A stretch of DNA of 64,000 bases from Candidatus Latescibacterota bacterium (GTDB taxonomy: Bacteria > Latescibacterota > UBA2968 > UBA8231), in NCBI GenBank assembly GCA_965208105.1, contig OZ242318.1:2816001-2880000 (forward strand). The letters run 5' to 3'. A model generated the notes under the pieces. That model was not told the DNA's origin. It saw nothing but the letters and a program-made list of their open reading frames with translations, and did not search any database. Below, in pieces: positions 1 to 10,178 of the stretch. The translations under genes and the position numbers were made by a program. Position 1 is the first letter of the stretch, and the number at the start of each line of letters is the position of its first letter.

Positions 1-2103
1 AAACTGGTTCCGGCCGGACCCAACGTCACCCTCGAAAAAGCCATCGAAAGGGTCCCCGAACTAAAAAAGGAAAGTGCCGCCGCAGCCGAGAAGAGCGAGC
101 TCTTCTCCTATGCCCGCAAGCTGGAGGGACTGGCACGCCACGCATCCGTTCACGCTTGTGCGGTGATCATCGCTCCCGGCAACCTGACAGATTTCGTCCC
201 CCTTTACAAGGCCCCGAAGGACGGCCGCGTGACTACCCAGTTCGACGGGCCTACCTGCCTGGACGTCGGGCTGTTGAAGGTGGACATCCTGGGACTCAAG
301 GAGCTCTCCCTCCTGGACGAGACAGTCCGCCTCATCCGCCAACGGGAACCCGGATTCGACCCCGAAGCCATCCTCTGGGATGATCGCGCGACCTTCGACC
401 TTTTCAGTCGCGGCGAAACCATCGGAGTATTCCAGTTTGAAAGCAGCGGCATGCGCGACTATCTCAGGCAGCTCAAGCCGGACAAGATAGAAGACCTCAT
501 TGCCATGGCCGCTCTCTACCGTCCGGGTCCCATGGAATCGATTCCCGATTACATCGCCCGGAAGCACGGCCAGAATGAAGTGGTCTACGATCATACCGAC
601 ATGGAACCCATACTGGCCGAGACCTATGGTGTCCTGGTCTACCAGGAACAGGTGATGTCGGTCGCTCACAAACTCGCCGGATTCACCCTGAGCAACGCCT
701 ATAGCATGATCAAGGCCATCGCCAAGAAACAACCCGAAGAGATGGCCAAGATGAGGAAAGCCTTCATCAGCGGTTGCACCGACAATGGGGTTGAAGTGAG
801 AGTTGCCGAGAAAGTCTTCGGCGATGTCGAGGTTTTCGCCGGGTACGGATTCAACAAATCGCACTCGGCTCCGTATTCCGAAATCGCCTACAGGAACGCC
901 TATCTCAAAGCCAACTATCCCCAAGAGTACATGGCAGCCAGCTTGACAGTGGCCGGAAACAATACTGCCACTCTGGCGGTATTGCTCGACGAGTGCCGCC
1001 GAATGGAAATCCCGGTTCTTGCTCCCGACGTCAACAACAGCGTCCTCCATTTCACTCCAACCGAGGACGGTATTCGCTTTGGCCTGGCGGCCATAAAGAA
1101 TGTTGGCGAAGGCGCCGCTCGAGGCATTGTAGATGCTCGTCTCCCGGAAACCCCCTTTGGTTCCATTTTCGACCTCTGCGAGCGCGTGGACCTGCGCCTG
1201 GTCAACAGGCGGGTGCTGGAAAGCCTGGCGTCTTCAGGCGCCATGGACGGACTCGAAGGCCACCGCGCCCAGCAGTTCGGTGCCGTGGAGACCGCCCTCA
1301 GGAGCGCCCAGAAGGTTCAGGAGGAGAAAGAACGGGGTCAGATCAGCCTCTTCGGCCCGACGGGCTTCGGCGGCAGCGACATCGAACCTATCGCCCTGCC
1401 GGAAGCGGAAGAATGGTCGGAAACAGAGAAGCTCAAGCGCGAGCGCGAACTTTTGGGCTTTTATCTCTCGGGCCATCCCCTCAGCCGCTACGCCCGGGAT
1501 CTGCAAGCCTTCACCACGCCCATCGCCAGGCTCGACGAGCAGCGCGACGGCGCTCTAATTCGGGTGGGCGGCCTGGTCACCCGCATCAGCACGATTGACC
1601 GCCGCGGCCAGCAATTCGCCTTTGCAACCCTTGAGGACCTGTCAGGCAGAGGTGATGTAGCTTTCTTTGCCGAGGCCTATGGGGCACACCGGGAACTGCT
1701 CGAGGAGGACCGCGTGATCCTGGTCGAAGGACGCGTATCGGCGAGGAACGGCCGCATGAGCCTTCAGGCGGCAAGTGCGATGCCCCTGAACCAGGCGCGC
1801 GAGGTTCTGACCAGGGCGCTCAACCTGTCGTTGCCCTACGAAGCGGTGCAGGAAGAAATGCTTACCTCACTGCGTCGTATTTGCGAGCGTTATCTTGGCG
1901 AGTGCGAGCTGCTTCTCCACCTCAAAAACGGAGGCCAGAAAAATGCCATAGTGCGCTCGCGCACCATCCGGGTAAAACCCTGCGACGATTTGTTGCGGGA
2001 AATCGATGCCCTGATCGGCCCCAAGCGCACCTGGTTGACCATGGCCTCGCAGCAGGCACGGCAAACATCGTCCGTTTACGAAGGGAAACGCACATCGGCC
2101 TGA
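1..2103 (+). CDS. dnaE: DNA polymerase III alpha subunit (5'-truncated by window edge)
   Basis: Frame is open from base 1; motifs HASVHACAVII, GLLKVDILGL, GVFQFESSGM, YGFNKSH, ELLGFYLSGHPL and a C-terminal OB fold. Confidence 0.97.
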   Translation, partial: KLVPAGPNVTLEKAIERVPELKKESAAAAEKSELFSYARKLEGLARHASVHACAVIIAPGNLTDFVPLYKAPKDGRVTTQFDGPTCLDVGLLKVDILGLKELSLLDETVRLIRQREPGFDPEAILWDDRATFDLFSRGETIGVFQFESSGMRDYLRQLKPDKIEDLIAMAALYRPGPMESIPDYIARKHGQNEVVYDHTDMEPILAETYGVLVYQEQVMSVAHKLAGFTLSNAYSMIKAIAKKQPEEMAKMRKAFISGCTDNGVEVRVAEKVFGDVEVFAGYGFNKSHSAPYSEIAYRNAYLKANYPQEYMAASLTVAGNNTATLAVLLDECRRMEIPVLAPDVNNSVLHFTPTEDGIRFGLAAIKNVGEGAARGIVDARLPETPFGSIFDLCERVDLRLVNRRVLESLASSGAMDGLEGHRAQQFGAVETALRSAQKVQEEKERGQISLFGPTGFGGSDIEPIALPEAEEWSETEKLKRERELLGFYLSGHPLSRYARDLQAFTTPIARLDEQRDGALIRVGGLVTRISTIDRRGQQFAFATLEDLSGRGDVAFFAEAYGAHRELLEEDRVILVEGRVSARNGRMSLQAASAMPLNQAREVLTRALNLSLPYEAVQEEMLTSLRRICERYLGECELLLHLKNGGQKNAIVRSRTIRVKPCDDLLREIDALIGPKRTWLTMASQQARQTSSVYEGKRTSA

Positions 2104-2187
2104 TACCAAAACGGCTGAACGTCCAACCTGTATTCAGCCTACCATGCAGGTTCCAGACTGATATCCACTCCCTCCTGAAAGCAGTCC

Positions 2188-2685
2188 ATGAGGAATAACC
2201 TCACCCCCAAATTGTCAATCCTCGCCATGGTCGGTTGGATGGTCGCATGGAGTGGATGCAGCTCCCGGGAAATATCGTTCCCTCCAGCCGCAGACCTCCA
2301 ACTGGAGGACTACAGGGGCAAGGTCGTCCTGCTCAATTTCTGGGCTACCTGGTGTGGACCCTGCAGGTACGAAATCCCGGACCTGGTCAGACTCTACAAA
2401 AGCGTTGACCAAAGCAGGGTTGCCGTCATCAGTGTTTCGCTGGACAGGGAGGGTACGCCCGAACAAATTGAAGACCGGCTGAAGGGGTTCGTGGAGACTT
2501 ACAAGATAAATTACCCGGTTTTCCTCGATTCCGATGGCCGCCTTCATCAGGCTTTCGGCAGCTTTCCGTACGTGCCGGCAACCTTTCTTATCGACCAGAA
2601 CGGGCAGGTCGAAAAATCCTACGCCGGAGCGAGGTCCTTCGAGACCTTTTCCCAGGATATCAAAGCCCTCCTGGACCGGTCCTGA
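2188..2685 (+). CDS. TlpA/ResA-like thiol:disulfide oxidoreductase, probable lipoprotein
   Basis: GKVVLLNFWATWCGPC motif; N-terminal hydrophobic stretch ending WSGC. Confidence 0.9.
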   Translation: MRNNLTPKLSILAMVGWMVAWSGCSSREISFPPAADLQLEDYRGKVVLLNFWATWCGPCRYEIPDLVRLYKSVDQSRVAVISVSLDREGTPEQIEDRLKGFVETYKINYPVFLDSDGRLHQAFGSFPYVPATFLIDQNGQVEKSYAGARSFETFSQDIKALLDRS

Positions 2686-2793
2686 TAGTACCCAGGGGCC
2701 CTCGGAGAAATCCAGGGCTGACTTCCCCGGTCGACATTCTCCAAATTTACGGGTTTACCCAGGAACAACGACCTTCAAGAGTGGCTGATTCTG

Positions 2794-2955
2794 GTGTCCC
2801 GTCGCAGAAATAGGTCGCCATTATTCCGCCGATCCATCCCGGCTCACGTTGTTGCCTTCACTCGCCGTACACCACTGGTACGACTCGCTCAGGCGCCTTG
2901 TGAGCCTGGCGCCTCGGCGGCCCAATTGCGTCAACCTATCTCTGCGACGGGACAC
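2794..2955. mobile_element. 162-bp MITE-like element, copy 1
   Basis: 22-bp terminal inverted repeats GTGTCCCGTCGCAGA(A/G)ATAGGT; closely similar inverted copy at 11674-11835. Confidence 0.85.
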
Positions 2956-3200
2956 TAGGAATCAAGTGCCTTTCTGTATTCGAATGAAATTTCTGCGAGG
3001 ATATTGTTGAAGTCTGTGTCGGACAGCTCATGTACATCTCTCAGTTGCCGAGAAGATATCCTTTGGGTTTCAAGTAGCGTCTGATCGAAGATTTTTGATA
3101 TCTCCTCGTTGCGCAGAGAAGTGGTTGTCTTGATAAATCGTATCAGCAACAATCTCAACATCTGAATCTCGGTCCACACCTTTGCTTCGTTATGCGTCAT
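2955..3200 (-). CDS. Hypothetical protein, 81 aa, AT-rich
   Basis: ORF with AGGAG upstream; stop codon formed at the MITE end. Confidence 0.5.
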   Translation of the reverse strand: MTHNEAKVWTEIQMLRLLLIRFIKTTTSLRNEEISKIFDQTLLETQRISSRQLRDVHELSDTDFNNILAEISFEYRKALDS

Positions 3201-3387
3201 GGAATTCTCCTGTTTTTATGTAAATATCCTGGATCAGCAGGGAATTGTCAGGGTCTTCAGACAGGATGATATAACAATCTTCGCCAAACTTCAGGACATG
3301 ATGAAAGTAATTTGAAAAATGGAATCTTCCTTCGTAAGCGTGCGACAAGAGCAAAGGAGACCTGGTCCAAGGTTTTCCCCCAAGCAA
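3190..3387 (-). CDS. Hypothetical protein or 5'-truncated gene remnant, AT-rich
   Basis: ORF overlaps the start of the downstream ORF and abuts an IS remnant. Confidence 0.3.
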   Translation of the reverse strand: MLGGKPWTRSPLLLSHAYEGRFHFSNYFHHVLKFGEDCYIILSEDPDNSLLIQDIYIKTGEFHDA

Positions 3388-3457
3388 AAGGCCTTTCGTT
3401 GCGTTTATTGGAAAAGGTCCATGCTTTCCCGGTCAACCCAACGAAAGGCCACGTGCT

Positions 3458-3664
3458 GTGAGACGAATGAAAACAGATATTAAGCGCCGTGTCAACGGCG
3501 ATGCCGCCATCGAGTTCGGTGACGAGGGCATGACATCGTACGCGGATCCGGAGCTTTTGATCCGCTAACTGCGACGCATCGGGTTCAATGCCCAGGTGCG
3601 CCGGCATTTGAGTGCCGTGGTCAACGGAGGCGAATTCGGAGTAGTGGCCTTGTGCCGAGGGTGA
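3458..3664 (+). pseudogene. IS1380-family transposase N-terminal remnant
   Basis: Reads MRRMKTDIKRRVNGDAAIEFGDEGMTSYADPELLIR*LRRIGFNAQVRRHL..GEFGVVALCR with in-frame TAA at 3566; resembles the IS1380 N-terminal IEF...LTSYAGLELL pattern. Confidence 0.55.
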
Positions 3665-3688
3665 CGGGGCACACCTGCACCCACAAGG

Positions 3689-3985
3689 TCAGTAGCTGGA
3701 ATACAGTTCCTCAAGCACTTCACGGCCATGTCGCTCAACCAATACTTCCTTGAATTTCTCGATGGTAGTATCGGCACGCAGGTGCTCGAGCATGGCCTTT
3801 TTGGACATGACCATGAGGGTGCCGCGACGATAGTCGGGGAAACGGCAAAATGTGGATTCGATCGGTTCGCCGGTAACACAGCAAGTCTCTTCAGGCTCAA
3901 GTTCGACCTGAGACCCCGGGTCGAACAGGAAATCGGTGCCTTCGTCATCCGATGCGGATCTCGAAGTTCTACGTTGTGCGACCAT
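3689..3985 (-). CDS. Hypothetical protein, 98 aa
   Basis: Strong GAAGGAG RBS; downstream of map on the same strand; CCVTG..C motif. Confidence 0.7.
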   Translation of the reverse strand: MVAQRRTSRSASDDEGTDFLFDPGSQVELEPEETCCVTGEPIESTFCRFPDYRRGTLMVMSKKAMLEHLRADTTIEKFKEVLVERHGREVLEELYSSY

Positions 3986-4059
3986 AAGCTAGCGCTTCTC
4001 CTTCATTAAATTTGACTATCCCAGAAACCGACGAGGGTCCCCCGGGTTCCTCAACGGGT

Positions 4060-4821
4060 TTAGAACGGAAAATCGTCGAACCTGGAAAGAATATCCGGTC
4101 CATTCCTGGTGACTGCCACCGTGTGTTCAAACTGTGCGGAGAGATTGCCGTCTGCTGTGACCGCGGTCCAGTTGTCGTCGAGGAGCCGGGTCTCCGGGTC
4201 TCCCTGGTTTATCATCGGCTCTATGGTGAATACCATGCCGGGCAAAAGACGCCTTCCCGTGCCGACCTCGCCGAAGTGCAGCAACTGAGGTTCCTCGTGA
4301 AAGGACCGTCCCAACCCATGTCCGCAGTACTCCCTCACGACCGAATATCCATTCGCCTCCGCATAGCTTTGGATCGCGTGGCCGATATCTCCCAGCCGTT
4401 TGCCTGCCAGGGCCGCCTCGAGCCCTCGCTCCATGGATTGGCGCGTAGCGTATAGCAAACGCTGCGCCTCCTCACTGGCCCTGCCCACACTGGTAGAGAC
4501 ATTCATATCGCCGTGGTATCCGTCCTTCTTCACGGCTATATCCACGGCCAGAATATCACCCTTTTCCAATACCCGCTCGCCTGGAATGCCATGCACGACC
4601 TCTTCATTGACCGATACGCAAATGCTCCTTGGAAACCCTTTGTAGCCCTTTGCACTTGCCTGAGCGCCCTGGCTGCGAATGTAAGCCGCCGCCACCTGGT
4701 CCAATCTGAGAGTTGTGACGCCGGGAGCTATCTCCTTCATGACCAGTGCCATCGTCTCGGCTGCGACGCGGCAACTCGCCCTGATTTTTTCGATTTCCCG
4801 TGCTGATTTCAGATGGATCAT
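4060..4821 (-). CDS. map: Methionine aminopeptidase type I
   Basis: SICVSVNEEVVHGIP, DGYHGD, YCGHGLG..FHEEP, FTIEPMIN, SAQFEHT; start taken at MIHLKS. Confidence 0.97.
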   Translation of the reverse strand: MIHLKSAREIEKIRASCRVAAETMALVMKEIAPGVTTLRLDQVAAAYIRSQGAQASAKGYKGFPRSICVSVNEEVVHGIPGERVLEKGDILAVDIAVKKDGYHGDMNVSTSVGRASEEAQRLLYATRQSMERGLEAALAGKRLGDIGHAIQSYAEANGYSVVREYCGHGLGRSFHEEPQLLHFGEVGTGRRLLPGMVFTIEPMINQGDPETRLLDDNWTAVTADGNLSAQFEHTVAVTRNGPDILSRFDDFPF

Positions 4822-4917
4822 GACAATTGCCCCGCAACCTTCCAACTTGCATGCGGCCAAACCTATCCCGGATAAAGATCGCTGATTAGATTCCATCCTG
4901 TCAAGGATACTACCAGC

Positions 4918-5940
4918 ATGCCCGCGCCCCGCGTCACAGTTCTCATGCCCGTATATAACGCCGCCGCCACCCTTGAAGCCGCTGTGGAAAGCCTGCAGAA
5001 CCAGACGATGAAGGACTTTGAACTAGTGGCCGTGGATGACGGCTCCACCGACGGTAGCAGATCCATTCTGCGCGCCCGCCAGCAGACCGATCCCAGGCTG
5101 CGGCCTGCGTTCGAGTCCCATATAGGCCTTGTAGCCGCGCTGAACAGGGGTCTGGAACTGAGCCGGGGTCACCTCATCGCGCGCATGGACGCTGATGATC
5201 TGTCTCACCCCCGGCGCCTGGAAAAACAGGTGCGTCATCTGGAAGCCCATCCCGACGTCAGTGTCGTCGGAAGTCTCGTCAGGTGCTTTCCAAGTGATCA
5301 AGTGAGGGAGGGGTTCCGCATCTACCAGGACTGGATCAACCACCTCGTGAGCCATGGCGACATCGTTCGCGAGATTTTTATTGAAAGCCCCATCGTCCAC
5401 CCCACCGCAATGGTTCGACGTCACGAACTTCTCGCCTTGGGAGCATACCAGGACCGCGGATGGGCTGAAGACTATGATTTGTGGCTGCGCTATTTCGCGG
5501 AAGGGAGGCGATTTGCCAAAGTAGCGGAAGTCCTTTTGTCGTGGCGCGACCACCCGGGGCGCCTGAGCCGTGCGGACAGCCGTTATTCGGTAGAAAACTT
5601 TTTGCGCGCCAAGGCATTCTACCTGGCGAGAGGCCCCTTGCAGAAACGCGATGCAGTGATCGTCTGGGGTGCGGGCAAAACCGGCCGCCGCCTGTCGAAG
5701 CACCTTGTCAGGGAGGGTTGCCCCCTTGCCGCTTTCGTGGACATCGCCCCAGCCAAAATCGGCCGAACCCTGCACAACCGTCCCATAGTCCGTCCTGCCG
5801 ACCTGCCCGCGTTGTGGCGTCGATGGGACCGTCCCCAGCTCCTGGCAGCGGTATCCTCACGGGGGGCCCGCGCTCTCATCCGGCGGCAGTTGGCACGGCT
5901 GAATCTCGAGGAAGGAAAGGATTTTTTGTGCGTGGCTTGA
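4918..5940 (+). CDS. Glycosyltransferase family 2
   Basis: [29 protein letters not shown] motifs; C-terminal WGAGKTG Rossmann-like domain. Confidence 0.92.
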   Translation: MPAPRVTVLMPVYNAAATLEAAVESLQNQTMKDFELVAVDDGSTDGSRSILRARQQTDPRLRPAFESHIGLVAALNRGLELSRGHLIARMDADDLSHPRRLEKQVRHLEAHPDVSVVGSLVRCFPSDQVREGFRIYQDWINHLVSHGDIVREIFIESPIVHPTAMVRRHELLALGAYQDRGWAEDYDLWLRYFAEGRRFAKVAEVLLSWRDHPGRLSRADSRYSVENFLRAKAFYLARGPLQKRDAVIVWGAGKTGRRLSKHLVREGCPLAAFVDIAPAKIGRTLHNRPIVRPADLPALWRRWDRPQLLAAVSSRGARALIRRQLARLNLEEGKDFLCVA

Positions 5941-6458
5941 CTGCCGGGAATAGAGTGAAACTTGTACAGGGGGACATCACGCGACTGCATATCGAGGCTA
6001 TCGTCAATGCTGCAAACCGCACCCTTCTGGGCGGTGGAGGTGTGGACGGCGCTATCCATCGAGCAGCAGGTCCGCAATTGCTCGAGGCATGCCGTGCCCT
6101 GGGCGGATGCGCTGCCGGCGAAGCCAAAATCACCCTGGGGTACAGATTGCCTGCCCGCTACATCATCCACACCGTTGGACCGGTCTACCGCGGCATGCCC
6201 GAAGACGCCCGTGTCCTGGCCAGTTGCTACCTCAATTGTCTGAAGTTGGCTTCGCAGCACAGAGTGAAAGGCATTGCCTTTCCCGCCATCAGCTGCGGCC
6301 TCTACGGCTATCCCATCTTCGAGGCTTCCCGGATAGCACTGTCGACTACCCATGAATTCCTTGCGCAGAACCCCTTCCCCCAAAAAGCGATCTTCGTTCT
6401 TCATTCCCAGGCCGACCACGAGACTTACCTGGACTGCCTGAACAGGAATATGGAATAA
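5937..6458 (+). CDS. ymdB: Macro-domain O-acetyl-ADP-ribose deacetylase (YmdB-like)
   Basis: [36 protein letters not shown]; TTG start overlaps the GT2 stop. Confidence 0.9.
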   Translation: MTAGNRVKLVQGDITRLHIEAIVNAANRTLLGGGGVDGAIHRAAGPQLLEACRALGGCAAGEAKITLGYRLPARYIIHTVGPVYRGMPEDARVLASCYLNCLKLASQHRVKGIAFPAISCGLYGYPIFEASRIALSTTHEFLAQNPFPQKAIFVLHSQADHETYLDCLNRNME

Positions 6459-6634
6459 TCAAAGTACCTGGTTGTAGTTCACGGAAATTCGGAAAAAAAT
6501 ATTTTACATTGATATTACAAAAGACCATATTGATAGCTGATGGATTTGAAACGCCGCCCTTATTTTCGATCACGACTTTTTCAGGCCGAATAAAGGCATT
6601 CACCCTATAAGCCAGTTGAAGAAAGGAGCAATAC

Positions 6635-6832
6635 ATGGCCTTCTCGCACACAAATTCAAAAGGCAAGGCTTACTTCTTGCACGCCAGAGAGACAACCCTC
6701 AAAAGCGGCAGCACCCAGACAATCTATTTTTTTGCCGGAGAACAAAAAGAAGGCGCGCTTGATTCCGTCCCCTCCGGCTACGTCGTTTCCGAAACCAAGA
6801 ACGGACTTCCCGTTCTCAAGCGAGCACAGTAA
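6635..6832 (+). CDS. Small basic hypothetical protein, 65 aa
   Basis: Strong AAGGAG RBS, AT-rich upstream region, compact beta-rich sequence (YFLH, TIYFFA, NGLPVLK). Confidence 0.8.
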   Translation: MAFSHTNSKGKAYFLHARETTLKSGSTQTIYFFAGEQKEGALDSVPSGYVVSETKNGLPVLKRAQ

Positions 6833-7143
6833 CCCCTCACTTTTCGGTCTGGGCCTGCAACCCAGACGGTCATTCCACCAGCCGGGTCGCTCGGGCGGCA
6901 GATAGATCGGCGCCCGGGCGTATCTATGTGGGGACTCGACCGCGTGTGCTCCCGTGCTCGCGAGCCGGTCCCCGCCGTGCCCCACACCAGGTTCCCGGGC
7001 AAGGGTGCACACATACTTGCAATAGTTCCCGAAGTTTGTTCCGGTCAAGGAAAGGGGAGGAGGAAGCCTCCATTCCCGGCACGAAAGCAGAGGCCGATTC
7101 GTGGCCGCCTTAAACAAACTTGACGGGGTCAGGAGACAGTAAC

Positions 7144-8130
7144 ATGGATCAGGTACGTTGGGGAATCATCGGTTGCGGCGACGTCACGGAGATCAAAAGT
7201 GGTCCTGCGTTCAATCTGGTTGAAGGTTCCGAGCTTGTGGCGGTGATGCGGCGCAACAAGGAAAAAGCAGAAGACTACGCCAGGCGCCATGACGTGCCAA
7301 AGTGGTACGACGACCCCCTGCAATTGATCTCCGATCCGGACGTGAATGCCATCTATGTGGCCACGCCTACAGGATCGCACGCGGAATATACGCTATTGGC
7401 TGCGGAGGCCGGCAAGCCCGTATATGTCGAAAAACCCATGGCCCGAAATTTCGCGGAGTGCGAAAGGATGATTGAGGCCTGCGAGAAAGCTGCCGTTCCT
7501 CTTTTCGTTGCCTTCTACCGTCGCTGCCTTCCGGCATTCCTGAAGATCAAGGAATTGATTGATGAGGGCGCTATTGGTGAAATACGCTGTATTACTGTTG
7601 CACTGTGCAACCCTCCGGCCATCCTGGACCCGGACAATCCGCCCTGGCGTGTTGTCCCCGAAATTTCGGGCGGCGGATACTTCCTCGATCTGGCCGCGCA
7701 TCAGTTCGACTTCCTTGACTACGTCCTGGGACCGGTAAAGTCTGCCCGCGGTCTGGTGGCAAACCAGGCTGGTCTTTACCGGGCTGAAGACATTGTTTGT
7801 GCAGACTTTGTCTTTGAATCAGGCGTGCTGGGCAGTGGCATCTGGTGTTTTACCGTAGCTGAGTTCAACCGGACCGATTTGACCGAGATAATCGGCAGCA
7901 AGGGCAAGATCACCTTCGACACTTTTGCCATGGGGCCGGTCAGATTGGAGACAGCGGCCGGCGTTGAGGAGTTTAAGCTCTCCCCGCCAACCCACATTCA
8001 GCAACCCTTGATCCAGACCGTTGTAGATGAGTTGCTGGGAAGGGGGAAGTGCCCGAGCACTGGTATCACGGCCGCCCGCACAAGCAGGACCATGGACGAG
8101 ATCGCCGGGAACATCCGATTACCAGGATGA
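7144..8130 (+). CDS. Gfo/Idh/MocA family oxidoreductase
   Basis: WGIIGCG, YVATP..H, VEKPMA; AGGAG RBS before ATG at 7144. Confidence 0.93.
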   Translation: MDQVRWGIIGCGDVTEIKSGPAFNLVEGSELVAVMRRNKEKAEDYARRHDVPKWYDDPLQLISDPDVNAIYVATPTGSHAEYTLLAAEAGKPVYVEKPMARNFAECERMIEACEKAAVPLFVAFYRRCLPAFLKIKELIDEGAIGEIRCITVALCNPPAILDPDNPPWRVVPEISGGGYFLDLAAHQFDFLDYVLGPVKSARGLVANQAGLYRAEDIVCADFVFESGVLGSGIWCFTVAEFNRTDLTEIIGSKGKITFDTFAMGPVRLETAAGVEEFKLSPPTHIQQPLIQTVVDELLGRGKCPSTGITAARTSRTMDEIAGNIRLPG

Positions 8131-9096
8131 TCGCAGAATCCGCGCTGCTTCTTTGGCGAAGTAGGTCAGAATCATGTCCGCACCAGCCCTCTTGATCGCG
8201 ACGAGGACTTCCATGATGGCCTTGTCTCGATCAACCCACCCCTTTTCCGCAGCCGCCTGGATCATGCTGTATTCACCAGAGACATTGTAAGCTGCAACGG
8301 GAACATCAAATCCCTGCCTCACCCTTGAAATAACGTCCAGGTAGGCAAGCGCCGGTTTGACCATAACCACGTCGGCCCCTTCTTCAATGTCCAGGGCGAT
8401 TTCCCGCATGGCCTCCCGTTGATTGGCAACATCCATCTGGTAGGTCTTCTTGTCCCCCTTCCTGGGCGCGGAGTCCAGGGCGCCGCGAAAAGGCCCGTAA
8501 AAACAGGAAGCGTACTTGGCGGAGTAGGCCAGGATTCCCACCCCCGAGAATCCAGCTTCATCGAGAGCAAGGCGAATGGCTCCCACCCTTCCATCCATCA
8601 TGTCCGAGGGCGCTACCCAGTCGGCACCGGCTTCGGCGTGGGATACGGACATCCTGCACAGTACTTCAAGTGTCTCGTCGTTCACCACCTCACCCTGAAC
8701 CACCAGTCCATCGTGTCCGTGTGTGGTGTAGGGGTCCAGTGCCACGTCGGTCTGCACGCACAGCTGCGGCAGTTCTGTTGCCAGCTCCCGCAAAGCGCGT
8801 TGGATCACACCGTTGGGATCGTAGGCAGCGGAGGCCTGATCGTCCTTCTTTTCGCAGCAGCCAAACAGGTTTACTGCCGGTATTCCGAGTTCCCAAATTT
8901 CCCTGCATTCCTTCACCAGTTCGTCGACGGAATATCGATACTGGCCAGGCATGGTATCGATCGGCGCGCGAATCCCCTGTCCTTCCGTCACGAACATTGG
9001 ATATATCAAATCATCTGCCTCCACCGATGTTTCGCGGACCAGGGTGCGGATGGCATCGGTTCGGCGCAATCGCCGCGGGCGGTAGGTTAAATCCAT
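8119..9096 (-). CDS. hemB: Porphobilinogen synthase, Asp-rich (Zn-independent) type
   Basis: RPRRLR, DVALDPYTTHGHDG, APSDMMDGR, YGPFR, MVKP, AYNVSGEY. Confidence 0.97.
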   Translation of the reverse strand: MDLTYRPRRLRRTDAIRTLVRETSVEADDLIYPMFVTEGQGIRAPIDTMPGQYRYSVDELVKECREIWELGIPAVNLFGCCEKKDDQASAAYDPNGVIQRALRELATELPQLCVQTDVALDPYTTHGHDGLVVQGEVVNDETLEVLCRMSVSHAEAGADWVAPSDMMDGRVGAIRLALDEAGFSGVGILAYSAKYASCFYGPFRGALDSAPRKGDKKTYQMDVANQREAMREIALDIEEGADVVMVKPALAYLDVISRVRQGFDVPVAAYNVSGEYSMIQAAAEKGWVDRDKAIMEVLVAIKRAGADMILTYFAKEAARILRSSW

Positions 9097-9446
9097 TGCA
9101 AGGTCCTCAAAGGAAAATGACGGTCACTTTGGTCAATAGCAGGAGGTTTCATCGACAATTCATCAATTACAGCTAAAAATTAATCCGCCCATTCTCCTCC
9201 ATCAAGCAGAGGACTGAAATCGCACCAGGCGGCGGGTGCTCTTCAAATTCCGAACAAATCACGCCTTCTCCGGGCAGCGAATCCTCGAATTGGACCCAAG
9301 GTTGACGAAGGATAAAGGTAGTCCTCATGCTGAAACCAAATTTGGCCGCGTTTCCACGCCACCCCATTTCTTGCTACGGTGCAGAGATGTAGCTAAGTTT
9401 CGAGCCTGTTGCGGTTCGTCGGAAACGGCCCAGACCAGGGGACGCC

Positions 9447-10169
9447 ATGCTGAAAATGCTCGCCGCTCGGAACCTGGAGCAGCGCCTGCGGGAAAACTCC
9501 TACCCCGGAAGAGGAATCGTCATCGGCAGAAACGAGCGGCAGGATTGGATCCAGGTCTATTGGATCATGGGACGCAGTGTCAACAGCCGCAATCGAATCT
9601 TCGTGTACGAGGACGAGATTTTACGTACCGAGACCGTCGACCCCGCCAAGGCCGGGGATTCTTCCCTGATCCTCTACAAGGCCATGCGCGCCAGCGGAAG
9701 GCGTTTCATCGTCAGCAACGGGACTCAAACCGATGCGCTTTACCACGGGATGGAACGGGAACAGCCCTTTGCCGAAATCCTGTTGAATGAAAGCCACGAA
9801 CCGGATGGGCCCAATTTCACCCCGCGCATATCGGGATGCGCGGACCTGAGCCAGTCCGAGGCGCGGGCGTGGCTGTCCATCATCAGGGCAAGCTCTTTTG
9901 ACACGGACCGGTCGGAACATCACTTCTTCCACTACGCTGCCCTGAAGCCGGGATATGGATATGCCATTACTACCTATCAGGGCGATGGAGACCCCCTTCC
10001 TTCTTTTGTGGGAGCTCCTTTTCTTCTCACCTTGCAGGGCAGTGCGGAGCAGATCGCTGAATCACTGTGGGGCGCCCTGGACTCGAACAACAGGATTTCC
10101 CTGGCTGTGCGCTGGATCGACCCTTCCACTGCCCAATCCGACGCGGTAGTCATCAATAGATACGGCTGA
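9447..10169 (+). CDS. IMP cyclohydrolase-like protein (PurO-related Ntn fold)
   Basis: NSYPGRGIVIG, YWIMGRS.NSRNR, IVSNGTQTD, HEPDGPNFTPRISG. Confidence 0.8.
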   Translation: MLKMLAARNLEQRLRENSYPGRGIVIGRNERQDWIQVYWIMGRSVNSRNRIFVYEDEILRTETVDPAKAGDSSLILYKAMRASGRRFIVSNGTQTDALYHGMEREQPFAEILLNESHEPDGPNFTPRISGCADLSQSEARAWLSIIRASSFDTDRSEHHFFHYAALKPGYGYAITTYQGDGDPLPSFVGAPFLLTLQGSAEQIAESLWGALDSNNRISLAVRWIDPSTAQSDAVVINRYG

Positions 10170-10178
10170 GCAGACCCC

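Noticed and set aside
61-1050. 329-aa minus-strand ORF and many similar long shadow ORFs (e.g. 26193-27797, 28115-29101, 62711-63601)
   Set aside because: They are antisense to well-supported genes in GC-rich DNA and have no recognisable motifs of their own.
5481-5936. Long N-terminal extension of the macro-domain ORF
   Set aside because: It overlaps the GT2 gene in another frame; the macro domain starts at about 5937.
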